A stretch of 64,000 nt of DNA from an uncultured Planctomycetota bacterium. GTDB taxonomy: Bacteria; Planctomycetota; Planctomycetia; Isosphaerales; Isosphaeraceae. The stretch covers positions 1,600,001 through 1,664,000 of the forward strand of contig CAWGMQ010000003.1 of assembly GCA_963823665.1 (NCBI GenBank). Direction: 5' to 3'. The notes under the pieces are model-generated. The model saw only the letters and a program-made list of their open reading frames with translations, made no database searches and was not told the origin of the DNA. A program made the position numbers and the translations under genes. Shown piece after piece: positions 61,079-64,000 of this stretch. Each line of letters starts with the position of its first letter. The first letter of the stretch is position 1.

Positions 61079-61870
61079 TTACGGGAACGCACGCAGCCGG
61101 TCGGCGCGTTCGGCGCGGGCCTCGAACGGCGCCGCCCAATCCGCCGGCCGGTACCATTCGAGCCCACCCGGCAGCGCCTCAGCCGCATATTCAAGATGAA
61201 TCACCCGCCGGTGTCCCGCCGACACTCGCGATGCCGAGGCATGCAGCAAGAGCGGCCGCATGACCACCGCACCACCCGCATTCACACAGCAGTCGACCGC
61301 AAGCGCACCCGCGCGCCCCGCCCACTCCGCAACCGCCTGCGCATTCAGCCGCCCCTCACGATGCGACCCCGGCAGCACCCGTAGTGGTCCATCACCCGGC
61401 CCTGAGTCATCGAGATGCAGCCGAATCGTCACCATCCGCGCCAGCAGCTCGGCCGGGGCATGAGCGTGCGGAATGCCCGCCTTGCGAGTCCACGGACCGA
61501 ATCCGGGCGCATCGCGCCGCGACAAAACGGCAATCGTCAGATCTTGATGCCACGGAAGGTTCCAGTTCGTCTCCAGCGTCTTGTCGAAAAAAAGCCCGCG
61601 AACCGGAAAAGCCCTCGCACCCAGGATGCTCTGAGCCAGCGAAAGGATCTCTGGAGACCTCCCCAGACTGAATACCCGTGGCACACGCCACAACAGGTCC
61701 CGACCTCCATACACGAGGCCCCCCCGGTCAAGCACCCCTTCATGCCCGCCTGCCGAGTAGGCTCGCGTCGCCTCGAGCAACTCGTCGACCATCCCCGGCG
61801 ACAAGACGCGCTCGGTGATAACGAAGCCCGAATCCGCAAGTGAATCCAGCACAGAGCTGCCACCCCGCAT
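61079..61870 (-). CDS. Phytanoyl-CoA dioxygenase (PhyH) family Fe(II)/2OG enzyme
   Basis: FFDKT..NWNLPWHQD, IRLHLDD, LRVLPGSH, LLLHAS, RRVIHLEY; start estimated. Confidence 0.85.
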   Translation of the reverse strand: MRGGSSVLDSLADSGFVITERVLSPGMVDELLEATRAYSAGGHEGVLDRGGLVYGGRDLLWRVPRVFSLGRSPEILSLAQSILGARAFPVRGLFFDKTLETNWNLPWHQDLTIAVLSRRDAPGFGPWTRKAGIPHAHAPAELLARMVTIRLHLDDSGPGDGPLRVLPGSHREGRLNAQAVAEWAGRAGALAVDCCVNAGGAVVMRPLLLHASASRVSAGHRRVIHLEYAAEALPGGLEWYRPADWAAPFEARAERADRLRAFP

Positions 61871-62005
61871 ATAAACCGAATTAGGACAGTTACCTGGCGA
61901 TCGATCGCATACCCACATCCGGCCGCGATTATTCGTCGAATCGGTCCAGACCGCCAGACCAGATAGCGCCGCCAGTCCGCAAAAACAAATTCGCAGCCCT
62001 CGTTT

Positions 62006-62131
62006 CTGCGCCACATGCGCCACAGCCTTACAGGCCTTCGACTTACGTGTGGCGCAGGAATAATCGGGCGCGCACGGATTAGCCCGAAATCCTCGCTGCG
62101 TTTCTACTTCGGTGTGGCGCAGGAATAATCG
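62006..62131. repeat. Iteron-like direct and inverted repeats at the 3' end of the replication-ATPase gene
   Basis: GTGTGGCGCAGGAATAATCG at 62047 and 62112; inverted core (C)TGCGCCACA at 62006 and 62016. Confidence 0.7.
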
Positions 62132-63610
62132 TCACGCGAGTCCGCGCTGATCGTTACGAGGCGGCTGTTGCGGGCCCTGCCGAACGTGACGGATATTCCA
62201 CGCGTCCGAAGCTGCGGAGCAATCCGGCGCAGCTCGTCGCTGAATGCCCTGGCCGTTTTCGGCCAGCTCGCCGACGCCCGGATCCTGCGCGACACTTCCC
62301 TGCCCAATTCCTCGAGCATCTCCGTCGGCGACTGCGTCCAGTCCTGCCGGAACCCGCCGAGCTCCGCACTCTCCAAGAGCGCCTGGGCCACGGGTGAATC
62401 CTCGAGCGATGCGCTTGCAGCCTCGCCCCGGTTATCGTGGTAAATCGACAGAAACGTCTCCGCCGGCCAGCCCAGCCCCCGGCCAACCGCCTCTCCAAAT
62501 CGAGCAAAATCCGCCATTCGTGGGAGCTTCGAGGGCTTCACCGTGGGAAGCACCTTCAGCCCGCCCACGATCGCATCGAGCAGCCCTCCGAAGATCGCCG
62601 GATAGTCCGCTCGGAATGCCTGCCAGAATTCGGACTCCGCACGCCGGCTCGTCAGACCGATTGGCGGTGGCTTCAAAAACGCGCACCGGTCGGCCAGATC
62701 GTCCCGGCGGACAAACTCATCAACGCCATTTAATACGACTGCTCGCTCAGCATAGATCGTTCTCCGCTCGTCGTCGGAATAAAGGGCTCGCGCCGAGAAT
62801 CCCCCGCCCGTCGCCAGCCGGCACAAGCTATCCGAAAGCCAGTTGGCCAACACGCTGATGTTGTCATACACCAGCAGCCAGCCGCCAAAAGCCGTGACCA
62901 TCAGATCGCGCGTGCTGCTCGGCTGCGCCAGCAGCGGCGAGGCTTGTGGATCAACCAGCAGTCGAACGACTTTCGCCAGCGTGCTCTTCGCCGACCCCTG
63001 CTCACCGTGGATCGCCAGCACCGGATAGGGCCCTTCGGGCAATAGCGCCGCAGCCAGCCACCCAACCAGCAATCGGAAGTCTGCTTCGGTAAGGTTCACA
63101 TACGCTTGCAGCCGCTCGATCGAGCCCTCGCGGCTGGGCGCCGGCAGCTTCAACTGTCCGTCTGGACGCCGGAATCTCACCGTGGGCTTATCAACCACGA
63201 GCCATCCTCGCGCGTTGACCTTCACGGCCCGTCCGCTGTCATCTCCCAGGTCGATGTAGAAGTCCCCTGCTTTCTCGCCGCAGTCGCGGCCCACTCGCAC
63301 GTGCACGGCCGGCACGCTGCGGTCAAATCGCGCGCGGGCCTCGAGCGACGTGATCACGGTTTCGAACTGCTCCAGCCGGCGGCAGCTCTCCGCGCTCGCA
63401 CCGGTAGCTCTCGATCAGCCAGTCGCGAAACCCTGTCGACTTCAGCGCGTAAATCTCTTGCCGGTCGCCGACCGGCACTTGAGCATGCAGCCGTCCGTCC
63501 GCTGACCGGAAGAAACGCGCTGTCGCGGCGACCTTCAAGAGCGCCTCCACCACCACTGCGGACTTCTGCGGTTCATCCGCTCGCGGCTCCTCGATCGACT
63601 CGTTTGCCAT
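62104..63610 (-). CDS. Phage/plasmid-type replication P-loop ATPase (primase-associated helicase-like); indel near 63360
   Basis: Walker A GEQGSAKST, Walker B LVYDN, LCRLATGG..RALYSD, DLADR, PRMADF; N-terminal part (GFRDWL..Y) in ORF 63323-63823. Confidence 0.75.
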
Positions 63611-63627
63611 GGCATCGCTCCCTGCTT

Positions 63628-64000
63628 TCATCCAGCCCCGCCGGGCGTGAAAACCGGCCCACTCGCGGGAACCTGGAAATTCCGCCGCGGCACCGCGCCG
63701 CGCCTCCCGCTCCGGTCCGGTGGTACCGCCGTATCCGCCTCGTCGACACGCGTCGCGATATCGAGAATCGCCAGCGTCAGCTCGGAAAGCCCCGCGACAT
63801 CCGCCGGCATCACCCAGACCCACACATCACCATGCTGGCCGCTATATCGCGCCCCACGCGGAACCTCGTGTTTCGCCCCGACGTGCAGCCACAAGTGCGC
63901 AGGCTCCCGTCGCGCCGAGCCCGCAACCACTTGCTGATAAACCGCCTGCATCGCCCGGATCTTGTCCGGGCTGGTGACCGTCCCCAGGCTCAGAGTACCC
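63628..64000 (-). CDS. Hypothetical protein, 5'-partial
   Basis: Frame is open to the window end; stop codon 17 bp before the ATPase start. Confidence 0.45.
   Translation of the reverse strand, partial: GTLSLGTVTSPDKIRAMQAVYQQVVAGSARREPAHLWLHVGAKHEVPRGARYSGQHGDVWVWVMPADVAGLSELTLAILDIATRVDEADTAVPPDRSGRRGAVPRRNFQVPASGPVFTPGGAG

Overview
This is a GC-rich bacterial window, almost certainly Planctomycetota and probably Isosphaeraceae-like. The call rests on the EF-Tu [10 protein letters not shown] indel, a planctomycete export leader, kinase-TM-TPR genes and DUF4058/Uma2 genes. Bases 1-23 kb are an accessory, repeat-rich region. It holds TPR and TPR-CHAT genes, DUF433, ArsR-SRPBCC, an 8xFN3 surface protein, and a tandem duplication of a Ser/Thr kinase-TM-TPR gene (24 vs 1 hypervariable 48-aa repeats). 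It also holds a REP-bracketed DUF4058 gene, several REP-like palindrome families, and an uncharacterised gene with an internal 20-bp-repeat/25-bp-spacer mini-array. Bases 23-40 kb are the core cluster tRNA(Thr,Tyr,Gly,Thr)-tuf-rpmG-tRNA(Trp)-secE-nusG-rplKAJL-rpoB-tilS-rpoC, with tilS splitting rpoB from rpoC. Bases 40-62 kb are mixed metabolic genes: GT4, phoU, Gfo/Idh/MocA, HEAT, GH5, DUF488, a serine hydrolase, a disrupted DUF4145-FGE gene, an SBP56/methanethiol-oxidase homologue apparently lacking its cofactor tryptophans, galK, metK, two Uma2 genes, rhomboid, a sugar epimerase, GT2 and PhyH. Bases 62-64 kb hold a phage/plasmid-type replication ATPase with iteron-like repeats. Single-base indels in essential genes (rpoB, rpoC, secE) point to assembly errors, so frameshifts elsewhere should be treated with caution. 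All family assignments come from recognising motifs by eye, not from database searches.
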